From positions 343,294,001 to 343,358,000 of the forward strand of contig OZ024741.1 in assembly GCA_964016885.1 (NCBI GenBank): a stretch of 64,000 nt of DNA. Direction: 5' to 3'. Positions within the stretch are counted from its first letter, which is position 1, and each line of letters starts with the position of its first letter. This document shows positions 30,860 to 44,445 of the stretch, piece by piece. Made by a program: the position numbers and the translations under genes. The notes under the pieces were generated by a model. That model did no database searches. It saw nothing but the letters and a program-made list of their open reading frames with translations, and was not told where the DNA came from. Origin of the DNA: Eledone cirrhosa (taxonomy: Eukaryota).

Positions 30860-32575
30860 GTACTTTATTGTATCGACCCGGAAGGGTGAATGGCAGAGCT
30901 TAGCTTGGTGAGAGTAAAGAGCTTGGTAAATAGTCAGAACAAATAACACAATAGCATTCTATTCAACTATCTACCAATTCTGCCAGTCAACCACCCTATT
31001 TCACCCTAATATATTACATAATGTTTTTCGTCATTCATTCCATATGCTTCTACTTAATGTGTAGGTATGCAGCATGACCGAATGATTAAGGCGTTTGATT
31101 TACAATCAATATTTTCTGGGTTCGATCCTGACAGCATGGTAACTTGGGAAAGTGGCAATCACAAAATGAGTGAAACTGGATAGACTGAAACTGTTTGGAA
31201 GCCTGTCGGATAAACAGTACCTGTAATTCAAATGGCTACCCTCCCCACACACTGTGTCACTCTGGATCTCCATGGGAAGTAAGTTAATGCTCAGGCACTT
31301 GTACTTTCATTTCATGAGCTGGCTGTTCTGTTGATCGAGGAATACGTATAGTCAACACCGACGGAGGTCCATTCATTCTTTCACTTTAAGTTTGCTGATT
31401 TCTTTTAAGCTTCGGTGTTTTTGTTGCTATTGTTTAGCCCCTGGTCAGCCCTGATCCACCAGGACTATAATCAAAGGCATTCTGCACGTAATGATCTCAT
31501 CGTTTCCTATATGCTGAGAATTCGGGATTACATTATTTAATGTGGCCCTTTTCTATGACGGAAGGATGTGATTTGACGGACATTTAACTGGTATTTTTAG
31601 CAGGTTGGGTGACTACATAGAGATTCTTTCGTTAGTATTGTTGCTGTTTATGTTGAGGTTGAAGCCCAGGTAATCTCTGATGTAGTAGGTCTTCGATGGA
31701 ACGCGTTACAGCTTTTTCTCAATAATAGTGTATTTAGGATTGTATTATATAATGTACCATTTCATTTGTTTAAAAGAGCAGCCTATTTTCAACATCTATT
31801 TATGGCAACCGAATCTCATTCGAAACCACAAGAAGCTAGCTCGTAACTGTATATAGGATCCCTCACATGCTCGTTGTCACAGTGTTCGTGTTCTTCGTTA
31901 GTCTCAAGTTATAGCTAGCCGAATAGCTCTACAAACTAAAGAGATTCTAGCCGCGGCATTCAATTTTCTTTCAAAGTAGATGAATATGACTTAAGATGAG
32001 ATCTGATTACTATTTTCAGTTAATCTGATTACTACTTTCAGTTATCTCATCATTGATAATTCCTAAGGCAGCCTGGATCGAGAAGAAATTTGATTAAAGG
32101 CGTTCTACTCTAGCCAGGGTTTATTTTATCTCTGTAGCGGAGACTACATTGTTCAAAGAACCCTGTGATTTTTTTTTAAAGTCGCAAAGTGTAATATGAG
32201 GTGATTTTGCATAGAGGTACCCTTATTTGCATATGGTTTCGGGGTGCATGTTATTGTCCTTGTTTAGCTCTCAGTAGACTCTGATTTAGCGTACTATGGT
32301 CAAAACCCTTGTATCCGTGCCCACCCCACTCTTTAGTGTATATCTAGAACACGATTGCACGAAATGTTATTTTTGTTACAACGCTGGTGTTGAATTATAA
32401 ATATGTGTTTGATTGATAATAAGAAGTTCGGACTACATCATGTTTCGGAAGTGTTATATATTACTGCTAGGTATGCCCCGATTGAAAAGACCGATGATAA
32501 CCACCCCGTTGGTGCAATATAGGAGGCCGACATTATCCACTGTGTCATTTCCATATTTAACACAATAATGTATAA

Positions 32576-32672
32576 TCTCTATTATAAAAGAAAAGCTGTT
32601 TCTTCCTCTGTCTGTCCGACACAACATATATGCAGAAGAGGAACAGGGGAGGCGTGAAAAAAAATCGTTGTT

Positions 32673-32723
<51 letters not shown>

Positions 32724-32916
32724 TGTGTGTGTGTAAAAAAGAGATAGTATAAATCATAATTCAACAATACAGTGACCTCATAATTACAAATTGACATATT
32801 TCAATATCTTTCATTAGGTAACGTTTTCTTCGAGGTTTACTATTTAAACGATTTATGAAGGTACGTACACGATAAACACATTCTTACCGACAGGATAGTG
32901 ACGGGTAACGACCTAG
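32576..32916 (+). mobile_element. Non-autonomous Helitron
   Basis: A|TCTCTATTATAAAAG ... TTACC..GGTAA hairpin, CTAG|T. Confidence 0.6.
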
Positions 32917-33532
32917 TTTCAGTGAAATCCAGCGTTGATTTCTATTAGGTGCAATGGCCTCTTAGAAGCTTCCCCATTACAATCAGAACTGGCTGACTTA
33001 ATTCAAACTCACTTGAAATTTATGAATTATTTATTGATATCAAGCTCTATGACAGTACAAATCATTTCTCATAATTTACAATATGTTGTACAACTGAATC
33101 ACTGAAATCAAATATGGTCGGACATCTCCAACATCTCCGAGATAAACTGAAATTGCTTATAATGCCGTTATTAAATAATCTGTTTCTTCAAAGACATTTT
33201 TTTCTCTTCTAGAAAACGTTCCAAAAATCACCCTTTCGTTTACCAGTATTTTCTCTCTGATTAATTCTCCAAGCGTTCATTTTCAAACTGTTCGAATATT
33301 ATAAATTATTGTTATTGTTTCTGTCGTTTCTCGAATTTTATTTCCCATACAATATCAGGATAACTTGCAGCAGTAACCGTTATTGTAGCTGGTATTTCTT
33401 CAACAATATTGCTTCTTCTTTAATTTTTCCTTTTTTTTTCTACGCATTGATATTTCCGCGTTGTTATAATTTGCGAGTGTTGTTGGAATATCACACACAA
33501 ACCCTCACACAAACCCTCAAACACGCACACAC

Positions 33533-33643
<111 letters not shown>

Positions 33644-33830
33644 GATATTTAGATATAATCATGTATATACATTCCATCTATTGAATCTCTTCAAAGAATG
33701 ATTCCCTTCTGTATTAAGTTTACTTTCACAAAAATTATCTTTCTCTGTCTTATTTTGAATGTGTATACCAGGTGGTTAATATGCTTACAACATTTTCTCA
33801 TATAAATTCCTCATCCTCCCCACTCTCTCT

Positions 33831-33880
<50 letters not shown>

Positions 33881-34334
33881 GGTGGCTGCCAACTCGTTTT
33901 CGAGTACGGCCACTACTTTATATCCATGTAGGAGAACCCCTACCGAAGCGCTGAACGAGTGTGACCTTTTAGTACAGCGAGCGACTTGAAAACTCTGGTA
34001 CAAACACTACACTTGTGACAATTATTGACACATAGTGCTGGGCCCATGGTACCATGTGACGACAAGTGCAGAGAGATCTGCAGATATAAAGCAATGCCTG
34101 TGTCGTGAAGCTTTTATAGTGAACAAAGGCACTGCATAAAGCCAGTCCCACTCTCTTAACCAAGATGATATTTACCCAAAAGAAGAACAAGTCAACATCA
34201 TTGGATACCATCAGGGTTGCAGTTGTTATATCAGAGTGTTCCTTCTCCTAGAAATCTGCCTTGACAAAGGCTAAGGGGTCATCTCTCCCGGTGATTTTGG
34301 ATGGCCATTGACTCTTAAGAGCTCCTTTGTCCTT

Positions 34335-34436
<102 letters not shown>

Positions 34437-34554
34437 TACATACAGTACAAAAAGGGTTTTATTTACAGTATTAACAATGTTTCATTGATTAGGATATCTA
34501 AAGAATGCTAATCACTCGAAGTTGTGTCACTCAATCTTAAATACAGTGTAACCC

Positions 34555-36624
34555 TATATATATCTCCTTCAAACGCGCACGCAATCTCCGCACACTCCTC
34601 GTCCGCAGCTCCCTACCCCCCAAGCTACGCCCCCCGCGATTCCCTTCCCTGCTCCAGGCCTCGTGGCCACACCTGCCTCCACATCACCAACACCACCACC
34701 TTCAAGGGTCCCAACGGCCACTTTCTCTCTGTCCGGTACGCCTTCCGCTGCACCTCCTCTAGCCTAGTCTATGGACTTCGCTGCACGGAGTACAGCGCAA
34801 CCTATGTCCGACAGATTGGACGTCGCCTGGCGGACCGTTTCACTGAACACCTCCGGGATATTCGTCTCGGCGGTAGTTCCCCCATCGCCCGCCACTTTGG
34901 CTTCCCTGGACATTCCGCCCACCACCTAACAGTCTGTGGCCTACTCCAATGCCACGGAACGCCCGCCATCCGCCTCACGGTCGAACAACGCACCATCTTC
35001 ACCCTACAAACCCATATACCCACCGGCAGAAAATCACCACCCTATTCCTTTAGCCTTCGACCGCCCTGTTTTCCTCCCACACACACATTTCCCCCACTAA
35101 CACCACTAACACACTCCTCCTTTTCACCGCCCACCCCATTGGCCCACCCCACCCCACCCCGGCCAACCTAACCGCCAACTAACAATACTAACATCCCCAC
35201 CCCTCCCCCTATCACGCACACACCCACCTGTACATATATACACGCACTCACACTATCCACACACCCTACTATCACCACTAACCCTAACCCACACATCCAC
35301 TCCAACCACCCCACAACTAATACCACTAACACCCCCCCCCCCCCGACCCCACGCACATGAACACACACCTTCCCACCCACACACACCTTCCCACCCACCC
35401 ACACCCACACCTACATGCACCACCTACTCTACACACCCAACCACCACTAACCCCCAGTAACACACCTTATTCAACCCTTTCCCCACCACCATTATACTAA
35501 CACCTACTAACACCCATTTACCACACACACACTCATCCCAACATGCACACACACACCAATACACCACACTCCCTCCACCATCTCCTACACCTTTTCTATC
35601 CCTCTCCCACTCCCGGCTCCACACACCACTTCACACACACACATCCCAGTAACACCTCTACTAATACACAGCCCATCCCCCCACATGACCCCCTCCCCAC
35701 TCCACCTTTCACACCTACCCATCCTCTCCCATGTCCATTGCACCTCCGCACACACAAGCACACAGTCCTCACCAAACACTGACTTTCTCCACCTGTCATT
35801 CTCCTCTACTGCTATGCCTTCATCCTGCCTTGACCCTCTGACCACTTCCTGTTGCGCGCGCACCACACATCTCCCCACTTCTGACCACCACAACCAACGG
35901 ATTACACACCACCGGTCATCGTTCCAGCTATCCACTCCATAACATGAAAAATATCCACCAACTTTTCGCACACTCCAGGGAACTACTTTAGGAACTTACC
36001 CACGGACATACGCTCACAATTTTTTTTCGAACCACGCCACCCACATCCACCCCACGTATAAAAACCAACACACACGTGCGTACCCCCACATATACACACT
36101 CAGCCTCCGGAATCCTCCTCCTCCCCTCCCCCACCACTCTGACCTCTCCCCATCCACACGCACACACCGACCTACACCCCCACACCTTTTTCTGAACATG
36201 GAAACTCGTTCTTCCCCCAACGCTCACATTCACATACACACACACACACACACACATGTACACCTACACACATACACAAACACCACCTTCAGCCCTCCCC
36301 GCTCGGATCCCCCGCCTCCCTCTCCCTACCCCACCCGCCACCACCCCTACACGCCCACAGCCTTCCACCACTTGTTTATCTTTATGCTTATTTTTATTTT
36401 TATTTGTACCCCTTCCACCGTTTTTCCTTCCTTTTCTCCCTCCCGCCTTTCTAAATGTCTCTCCACCACTCCCCCACACACCCTCGGAACTATCTTCCCA
36501 CCCAATTCTCTCCTGAAGAAGGGCTTATGCCCGAAACGTCGTCCCCCACCCCTCACTCTCAAGAGCGTGAAACTAATAAACCTTTGTTTGTACTGCCTCT
36601 CTTTTTTTGTTCCCGTTCCAGTTT

Positions 36625-36628
<4 letters not shown>
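34555..36628 (+). mobile_element. 5'-truncated Neptune-like PLE: degenerate GIY-YIG, C/A-rich 3' UTR, HHR
   Basis: ORF 34524-35171 contains CTSSSLVYGLRC..YVRQIGRRLADRFTEHLRDIR..PIARHF..H. HHR core CTGAAGA-AGGGC/GCCC-GAAACGTC at 36513-36540. AATAAA near 36575. Ends in (TA)n. Confidence 0.85.
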
Positions 36629-36676
<48 letters not shown>

Positions 36677-37306
36677 AATGTAAGTATGTATGTATACGTA
36701 CATACATATATGTATACAGACGTACAGTAGTATGTATATATATACATACATGCACACATATATATATATATATGTACGTATGGGTTTACCGAACATTTAT
36801 TATAATGCTCGGTTTATTTGTAAACAAACAGCCCGAATTACGCCGTGAGAAATGAAATTTCATTTCATTCTTTTCCATTTATCGTTTTCGGTGCGCCCGG
36901 CCGACTAACTCACTCGATATGCAAATTAGGCGGCTCAGCCGTTAATATGCATAAGGAAAGTATATACTTTCAAACGTTCAACCATCTCACAGAAATGTAT
37001 ACGATGCTGACGATAGCTAATAAGCTTGAAACTACTACATCGTTCCAGTGTCAGTGTTGAACAAAAAGGTGACGATGGTTGACTGAACACTGAACGGCGT
37101 AATTCGGGCTGTTTGTTTACAAACAAACCGAGCATTATAATACATTTTCGGTAAACCCATACGTACATATATATATATGTGTGGATGTATGTATATATAT
37201 ACATACTACTGTACGTCTGTATACATATATGTATACATACATACTTACATTTAAGTAAGTGCCGTACTAAGAGTGAGAAATGAAATTTCGTTTCGTTCTT
37301 TTCCAT
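36677..37306 (+). mobile_element. Family L foldback, HHR at 37001-37043
   Basis: Inverted arm 36677-36844, then nearly one full unit that begins and ends with GTGAGAAATGAAATTTC. Confidence 0.8.
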
Positions 37307-37398
37307 CTATATATACATATATATTCACAAATATATGCTTATAACATTTTCTCGTAAGTTCTCTCTCTCTCTATATATATATATATACATACATACAT

Positions 37399-37455
<57 letters not shown>

Positions 37456-37456
<1 letters not shown>

Positions 37457-37990
37457 CGAAGGAAATGTGGTAAGGAACCAGGTGGACCATAACGCACCAA
37501 AGTACTCAATACTTGAGGTAGTAGAGTGGGTAATAGGAACCAGTAAGACCCCGACAGCTGAGCTCAAGCCGTTTCGACGGCTAATTCTGGACTAAATGAA
37601 AATTTATCCTGGTATTTAAATAGCCGATCTTCTCAAGGGGTAATTCCATATATGGTCAAAGTGATTGTCAAAAATCAGTAGTAATTCTGTGGTTGCAAAT
37701 TAGTAGGGGAGATGGTGGCTAAACCTGCCAGTAGGTCTACTCCACCCCCTCCACCCCCTGATTGGGTCTACTCCACCCCCTCCCCTCTTTCTCCTACTGG
37801 CAGGTTTAGCCACCATCTCCCCTACTAATTTGCAACCACAGAATTACTACTGATTTTTGACAATCACTTTGACCATATATGGAATTACCCCTTGAGAAGA
37901 TCGGCTATTTAAATACCAGGATAAATTTTCATTTAGTCCAGAATTAGCCGTCGAAACGGCTTGAGCTCAGCTGTCGGGGTCTTACTGGTT

Positions 37991-37993
<3 letters not shown>
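37456..37993 (-). mobile_element. Family H long foldback, UUGAGAA-core HHR in both arms (37887-37980 on +)
   Basis: About 200-bp perfect inverted arms (37533-37733 vs 37794-37993) plus tail. TA flanks. Confidence 0.85.
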
Positions 37994-38034
<41 letters not shown>

Positions 38035-38037
<3 letters not shown>

Positions 38038-38289
38038 ATAATAATACATTTCAAGACTAAAATCTGCGCGTAATTGTTTTTCACAGCTCCTATTAATGAC
38101 GTATTATATTCGTTTTTTCCCGTTCTTTGCCAGCGAACGTTTCCACGAAGCAAAGTATCGTCTTACTGTCTTCCTCCGGTTGCCATGTTTTTTGAAATAT
38201 CCACTTCTGCGTTTACAGATTGACTTTGTTAGTTTCAGAAGATCCCGTTAAGGTTGAAAGCAGCGATTCTTTGCTTAAACTTTAATCTG

Positions 38290-38297
<8 letters not shown>
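38035..38297 (+). mobile_element. Internally deleted family F foldback, HHR at 38231-38281
   Basis: 30 nt of tail end fused to a plus arm. AGTTT-CAGAAGA-TCCC..GGTT-GAAA-GCA..TGC-TT-AAACT. Confidence 0.75.
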
Positions 38298-38342
<45 letters not shown>

Positions 38343-38347
<5 letters not shown>

Positions 38348-38770
38348 CAACAGACCAGTGTCTGTCCTTAGGGCATCAACATACGTTAACCTTGGTCTTC
38401 CTCTTCTAGTGCGTCCATGTAGGCGCTCTCAAAGGAGCACTGAGTGCAATGTCAAATCTGGATGTCGGTGAGCATGTCCAGCTAACCTTAGTCTCCTCTG
38501 TGTCACTTTTGAGCTGACATTTGGGAGGCTCCCATACAGCTCTGAGTTTTTCATCCTCAGTGTATACTGATTAATGTTCAGAGCCATCGTCAGCATTCTC
38601 GTGTAGCACCCATCCACCATCTGAATGAGTTTCTTGGTCAGTGTCCAAGTCTCAGACCCATACAGCAGCACAGACTCCACTGGAGACGCAGAACATGGCA
38701 CCGATAATGAGGGACAGAGACCGCTGGAGAGAACTCGTCCATGGATCTCGGGAATTTTACCCGCCTTAGA
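38343..38770. mobile_element. RTE-clade LINE 3' end with 5' inversion (same family as 25998)
   Basis: Minus 38343-38680: VESVLLYGSETWTLT..DGCYTRML..RRLRLAGH. Plus 38681-38770 is the terminal 90 nt. TGGAGAC is shared at the break. Confidence 0.9.
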
Positions 38771-38785
38771 TAGATAGATATATAT

Positions 38786-39335
38786 AGTAATAATAATAAA
38801 TTTGAAGACTAAAATCCAAAGAGGGATCGATAAGGATAAATATATATCAAATATATAAGAACCGTAGAGCAAATATTTATTAAAATAACAGATTAAAGTT
38901 TAAGCAAAGAATCGCTGCTTTCACCCTTAACGGGATCTTCTGAAACTAACAAAGTCAATCTGTGACCGCAGAAGTGGATATTTCAAAAAACGTTGCAACC
39001 GGAGGAAGACAGGAAGACGATACTTTGGTTCGTGGAAACGTTCCCTGGTAAAGAACGGGAAAAAACGAATATAATACGTCATTAATAGGAGCGGTGAAAA
39101 ACAATTACACGCAAAGACAGAACCACGTTTATGGTATAAAAGAAGTCGTAGACTAATGTTCTCTTAGGTGGTTCATAGAGACGTTCTCTGGCAAAGAACG
39201 GAAAAAACGAAGATAATACGTAATATGTGGAGCGTGGAGAACAATTGCACGCAAAGACAAAACCACGTAAATGGTATAGCTGAAGTCGTAGACTAAAATT
39301 CTAACTAGGAAACCAAATGATTCTCCGCTTCAGAG
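38786..39335 (-). mobile_element. Family F long arm with tail, HHR at 38897-38947 and an internal ~144-bp tandem duplication
   Basis: Reverse complement of 38066-38297 plus tail. 39026-39169 resembles 39170-39309. Confidence 0.75.
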
Positions 39336-40854
39336 TTAAGAATAAAGTAAATAAAATACAATACATAGGTAATTGAAATTAAATAAATACATACACGCAT
39401 CCAAATACGTACATACACAAGCATACGCGAAAACACTCACCATAGATATACAAAACCACGCACATATACATATGTGTGTGCGTGTGTGCGTGTATACAAA
39501 TAAATAAGTAATTAAATAAACGTATATAAATAAATAAATACGTATATAACAAGCGCACACACATACCTACATGTAAATACACAAATGTTCGGAGACGTAC
39601 GACAACCAAAACATGAAGTACACATATACACACACACCACATACGTACGAACCCGCATACTCACACAGACGCAAAAGTCCCGTATACACATAACCAAAAG
39701 CATATGTACCTGAATATATAAAAATATACGCCATAACATATACAATCAAATATACGTACGGGAAAGTATACGTACCTTCACAAAACATACAGGTAATATA
39801 TACTTACCTATGCAAATAAGTAATGGTATAAACATAACATATACTTAGCTACCACATCAAGACGTAAAATATCCACGTATAGATCGAACTATCCGTTAGG
39901 GTATAATGTGGGGCTGTAATACAGGAAAGTTTTGTGCAATTTATGTTTACAAGCCGAAATTGCCTCAGATTTTTTGTTTCAGATGTGGTCTGTGGCGTAT
40001 AGTATTTCCAGGGCCTCAGCGGCGCAGAGGTCACATGGTCTTTTATTTCCGTTATACGATCTAGCCCTATATTTATTAAAATAACAGATTAAAATAACAG
40101 ATTAAAGTTTATATTTAATATTTTTGTCTTTCAAGGACCATATGAGTTCTGAGAGAGCCGTGTTGGTTCTTTTAACACGGCTCTCTCAGAACTCATATGG
40201 TCCTTGAAAGACAAAAATATTAAATATAGCATCTTTTGGAAGAAGGTTTCTTCTGCGTCTGCATACTTGAACAGTTCTCTATCCAAGATTTGCAATCTCT
40301 GTCTAAATGAAAAATTTACCATTATATCTAATTTAGATTCTATAATAAATAGACGCACTGACTTGTTTTCTATCTGCTTGCATAAATTCCACAAAACATT
40401 CCACAAAGTATACAGCTAATATCCAAATCATTATCAATTTAGAATCTTTTTCTCAAAGGCACATATATATATACACTTCTTTAAAAATATACCCATCTTT
40501 CTACCTTATTTCAAAGGTTTTATTATACATTATATAATACTTGTTACTCATTCTATAATACTTGTTACTCATTCTATATCGCTCCTATTTATCACTTCCC
40601 TTTCTTCTCTTTTTCTTTTAATGTCTAACCCCTAATCTGTACCTTTTCTCACTGTTGCCTAACATAGAATCAATTATTACATAATACAATACATTCTTAC
40701 TCTATAACACCTCGTAAAAATCCTTCGTAAACATAAACATTTTTTTGACGTTAGATTATTCATCCTCAATTCATTATTCTTTTCTCCCTTTCATCTAACT
40801 CATTCATGCTCATCTCACAATATATCCTTACTTAAATTACCTGTTGTTCTTTTT

Positions 40855-41030
40855 AATAATACATATCAACATTTTCTTTCCATCGCACATATTATTAAAC
40901 CCTTAAATATCATTCTTAATACATATTAACTTTTTCTTTCCATCGCACATGTTATTAAACCCTTAAATATTATTCTTAATACATATTAACATTTTCTTTT
41001 CATCGCACATATTATTAAACCCTTCAATAT
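40855..41030. repeat. 60-bp minisatellite, 3 copies, in the PLE 3' UTR
   Basis: ACATATTAACATTTTCTTTCCATCGCACATATTATTAAACCCTT at 40861, 40921 and 40981. Confidence 0.9.
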
Positions 41031-41379
41031 ACAAACCTTAACTTTACATTATTTTTCTCTTCGTTAATTTTCAAATTCTTTTAATTTATACATTATCTTC
41101 CAACGGTTTTCAACCTCTCTATGTAAAACAATACATCTTTCTCAGTTATAAAAGCTATCTCTCTCTCTCTCTATCACCCATCTCTCCTCCTATCTCATCC
41201 TTCCTCATTATACTCCTCCCTCTCCACTTTTTACTCTCATCTCCTCCTCTTTTTCACCCCCCCCTCAAAATAAAATATTTTTCCCAATATCACACATCAA
41301 TCTAAAACTACTTCTCATATGTTGATTTAAAACTGCACTATCCACAAGTGTTTTTTAACCTTCATATCATGTCTTCCTG

Positions 41380-41446
41380 TTTTATCTGATGAAAACACAA
41401 ATATTATTGCATGATGACATTTGTTTTTGAAATGCGCATAATAAAA
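41380..41446 (+). ncRNA. Minimal type I HHR, family A
   Basis: TTTTAT-CTGATGA-stem II-GAAA-TGCGCA-TA-ATAAAA. Confidence 0.8.
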
Positions 41447-41618
41447 TACATGGAACTCTTTTAACCATCTTTTGTTCTTATATATTATATATATGTATAT
41501 ATATATGTGTATAAATATATGTATATTTATATTTAGTGGTTCACCACAGTGCATTACGCAACTCATCCATCGTTGATATTGAACCCTGTGGTACACACAC
41601 ACACATACACACACAGTG

Positions 41619-41673
<55 letters not shown>

Positions 41674-42129
41674 CAAGGAAAAGAAATCGAAAATGCAACT
41701 AGAGTCTTTTTAAGAATATTTATTTGTTTTCTTTACCGGTTTCACAGTTCTTATGCTTATCAAAATTCTACTTTTGAAAAGGATAAGAACTGTGACACCG
41801 TTTACCTACTAGATGTGACACACAACTATCTCTTTTAAAAAGTGAAAAACACATTGTATAATGGAGTCGTATATACACAATGGTCATTTAAATCAGGCTT
41901 GACCAGGGAGTGAGAGATATAATATATTCTATATGAGGATTACTCTATGTACTTCAACAGCGTTTGTCGAATGTAGGTATTAAGAGATGACGGAGATCCA
42001 ACCAACATTAAACGAATAATCTAAATAAGACCAAGTTCTTTAGGTTAGGTCTGACAGACAAAATTCCTATAATCCTTCAGCCAATGCTAAACAACAGAAA
42101 TGAACATATTTCGAACTGCCAGGACATTT

Positions 42130-42706
42130 TTCAACAGTTGCCAGGAAGAGACGCTCCTTGATTTTGCGGTTTAGGTCGGACTTCCACACCTTCAGTAGCT
42201 TGTGGCATGCCGACCATGTAGTGCTTTTCTAATTTCAAACTCCTTGCGTGAGGTGTGCATCCATGCACCAAGATACTGTTAAATCCGTCCTGCTTTACGG
42301 GCGTGAAACGTGGACTATTTACAAAGTGATATGCAAGAGACTTGACGGTTGTTACAGGAGGATGCCGAGAAAGGCTCTCAACATTTCTTGGAAACAGAAG
42401 CTGACAAATAAAGAACTATACAGATCACTACCACCAGTCTCAAAAATAGTTGCCTGCAGACGAATGAAACTGGCTGGGCACTGCACCTTTTATCCACAAG
42501 AGATAGCATCACAACTTGTGCTCTGGAAGCCGGCTGTCGGACGAAGAAGCGTGGGAAGACAGACCGTCTCATTTATTGATACTCTGCTAAGAGATGCCAA
42601 CATTGATAACATCGATGAACTGATAAATGTCATGCTCGAGCGGGACGATTGGAGAAAGCGTGTTGAATCTTTACGAGTGTAAACTCGGCCGAAGAAGATG
42701 AAGTAG
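42130..42706 (+). mobile_element. RTE-clade LINE 3' end with 5' inversion
   Basis: Plus: VKSVLLYGRETWT..DGCYRRM..RRMKLAGHC. Minus 42130-42277: YLGAWM..EFEIRKAL..KVWKSDL..IKERLFLATVE, the segment normally just upstream. Confidence 0.85.
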
Positions 42707-43280
42707 GACATTTTTTGACGAAAATATTTTAGTCAAACATATAAACAGACCGATATAACGCATTAACAATATTAACTTATGTCAGAGACAACGTGATTAG
42801 CTAAAAACGAAGTAAATGGAATTTAAACCATTATCAGTAATTTCTTCTCGTATACAGTGGTCCAAACATCTGATTGAATGAAGACTCGATATATACAACA
42901 CATATATACAAGTTTTACATATATATATATAATATATATAATATATATATATTATATATATGAAGTTAAAACACACACACACGCACACATGCAGAAACTC
43001 ATATGCACAAACACACACAAACACACAAAGACACACAAAGACACACAAACACATATACACACGCAAACACACACAAACGCAAACACACAGAAACACACAC
43101 ACACGCACACACACACATACACACCCACACTCATATATATATATATATAATATATTATATATATATACGCATTTGTTTATGTGTGTATATGCGTGTGTAT
43201 GAGTGTTTGGATTACCTCTCAAAATTATCTTTTTATATGCGAGAAACATATACTGTACAAGTTTTCCGAAACTTATATAT

Positions 43281-43401
<121 letters not shown>

Positions 43402-43737
43402 TATGTATGTGCGTGTATGTATGCGTGTTTGAGAGAGGAGAGAGAAAGTATGTCAAGATTATGAGAAACTTAGGTTAGATATCATTGCGGCTTTTCGATT
43501 AGAAGCCTTAGGTGTGAGAAGAATGAACGGCGAATTGTAAACACTTTCGAATGTTCTTTCATAAGCAGGAAAAAAACATTGTGTACAGAGGGATATTTAA
43601 ATGTGTTTACACTTAACATTTCATTCTTTTCACAGTTAAAGAGAAAAACTGGATGTTATATCAATGTAATATTAACTTAATCTTCAAATATGTGTTGTGA
43701 TTTTGTATGTATGAATGTATGTGTGTATGTATGTATG

Positions 43738-44361
43738 TTCTTCTGGTTTTATAATTTCACAAAGTTTTACCAGTAGAGAGAGAGTCGGTTTCTAACATAG
43801 ACACAAGACTCTCTCATTGGCATTTACACAACATCAACTAGGTAGATATGTATGTATGTCTGCATGTGCAGATATGGATGTTATTGTATGTGTGGATGTG
43901 TATGTTTTGAGTTGTATGTGTGTATGTGTATATGCTTTGCATCTGTACATGTGTATATGCAGTTATTAGATGCAAAATATTTGGAATGTTTTACATATTT
44001 TTACTGTTCCATTAATGGAGTGTACTTGTAATTTCCTAACTAGTTGTGTTCTTTCTGTTCCTATGAAGCCTAGCTTCTCAAGATTTATATTGAGGCAGTT
44101 ACTAACATACCCCAGTGCCCCAATAATCACAGGCATAAATCTGAAGGTGTAATCAGGGTGGAGTATCTGCAGATTTCTCATCAGTTCTGCATAAATATTC
44201 TCCTTTATGTATGTATGTACGTACGTATGTATGTATGTATGTATGTATGTATGTATGTATGTATGTATGTATGTATGTATGTATGTATGTATGTATGTAT
44301 GTATGCTCTGGTTTTATTGTTTTTAAAATGTTAACCAATTGAGAGAGAGAGAGAGAGAGAG

Positions 44362-44445
<84 letters not shown>

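Larger units (their letters stand above)
40108..41480 (+). mobile_element. 3' fragment of Hydra-clade-like PLE (family A) with short 5' inversion
   Basis: ORF 40204-40419 has W...CNLCLNEK..II....IINRRTDLFSICLH, similar to the C-terminus at 53400-53560. Hairpin 40110-40228. HHR at 41380-41446, then (TA)n. Confidence 0.85.

Noticed and set aside
35171-36400. Pro/His/Thr-rich and Gly/Val-rich ORFs
   Set aside because: Low-complexity C/A-rich 3' UTR of a PLE.
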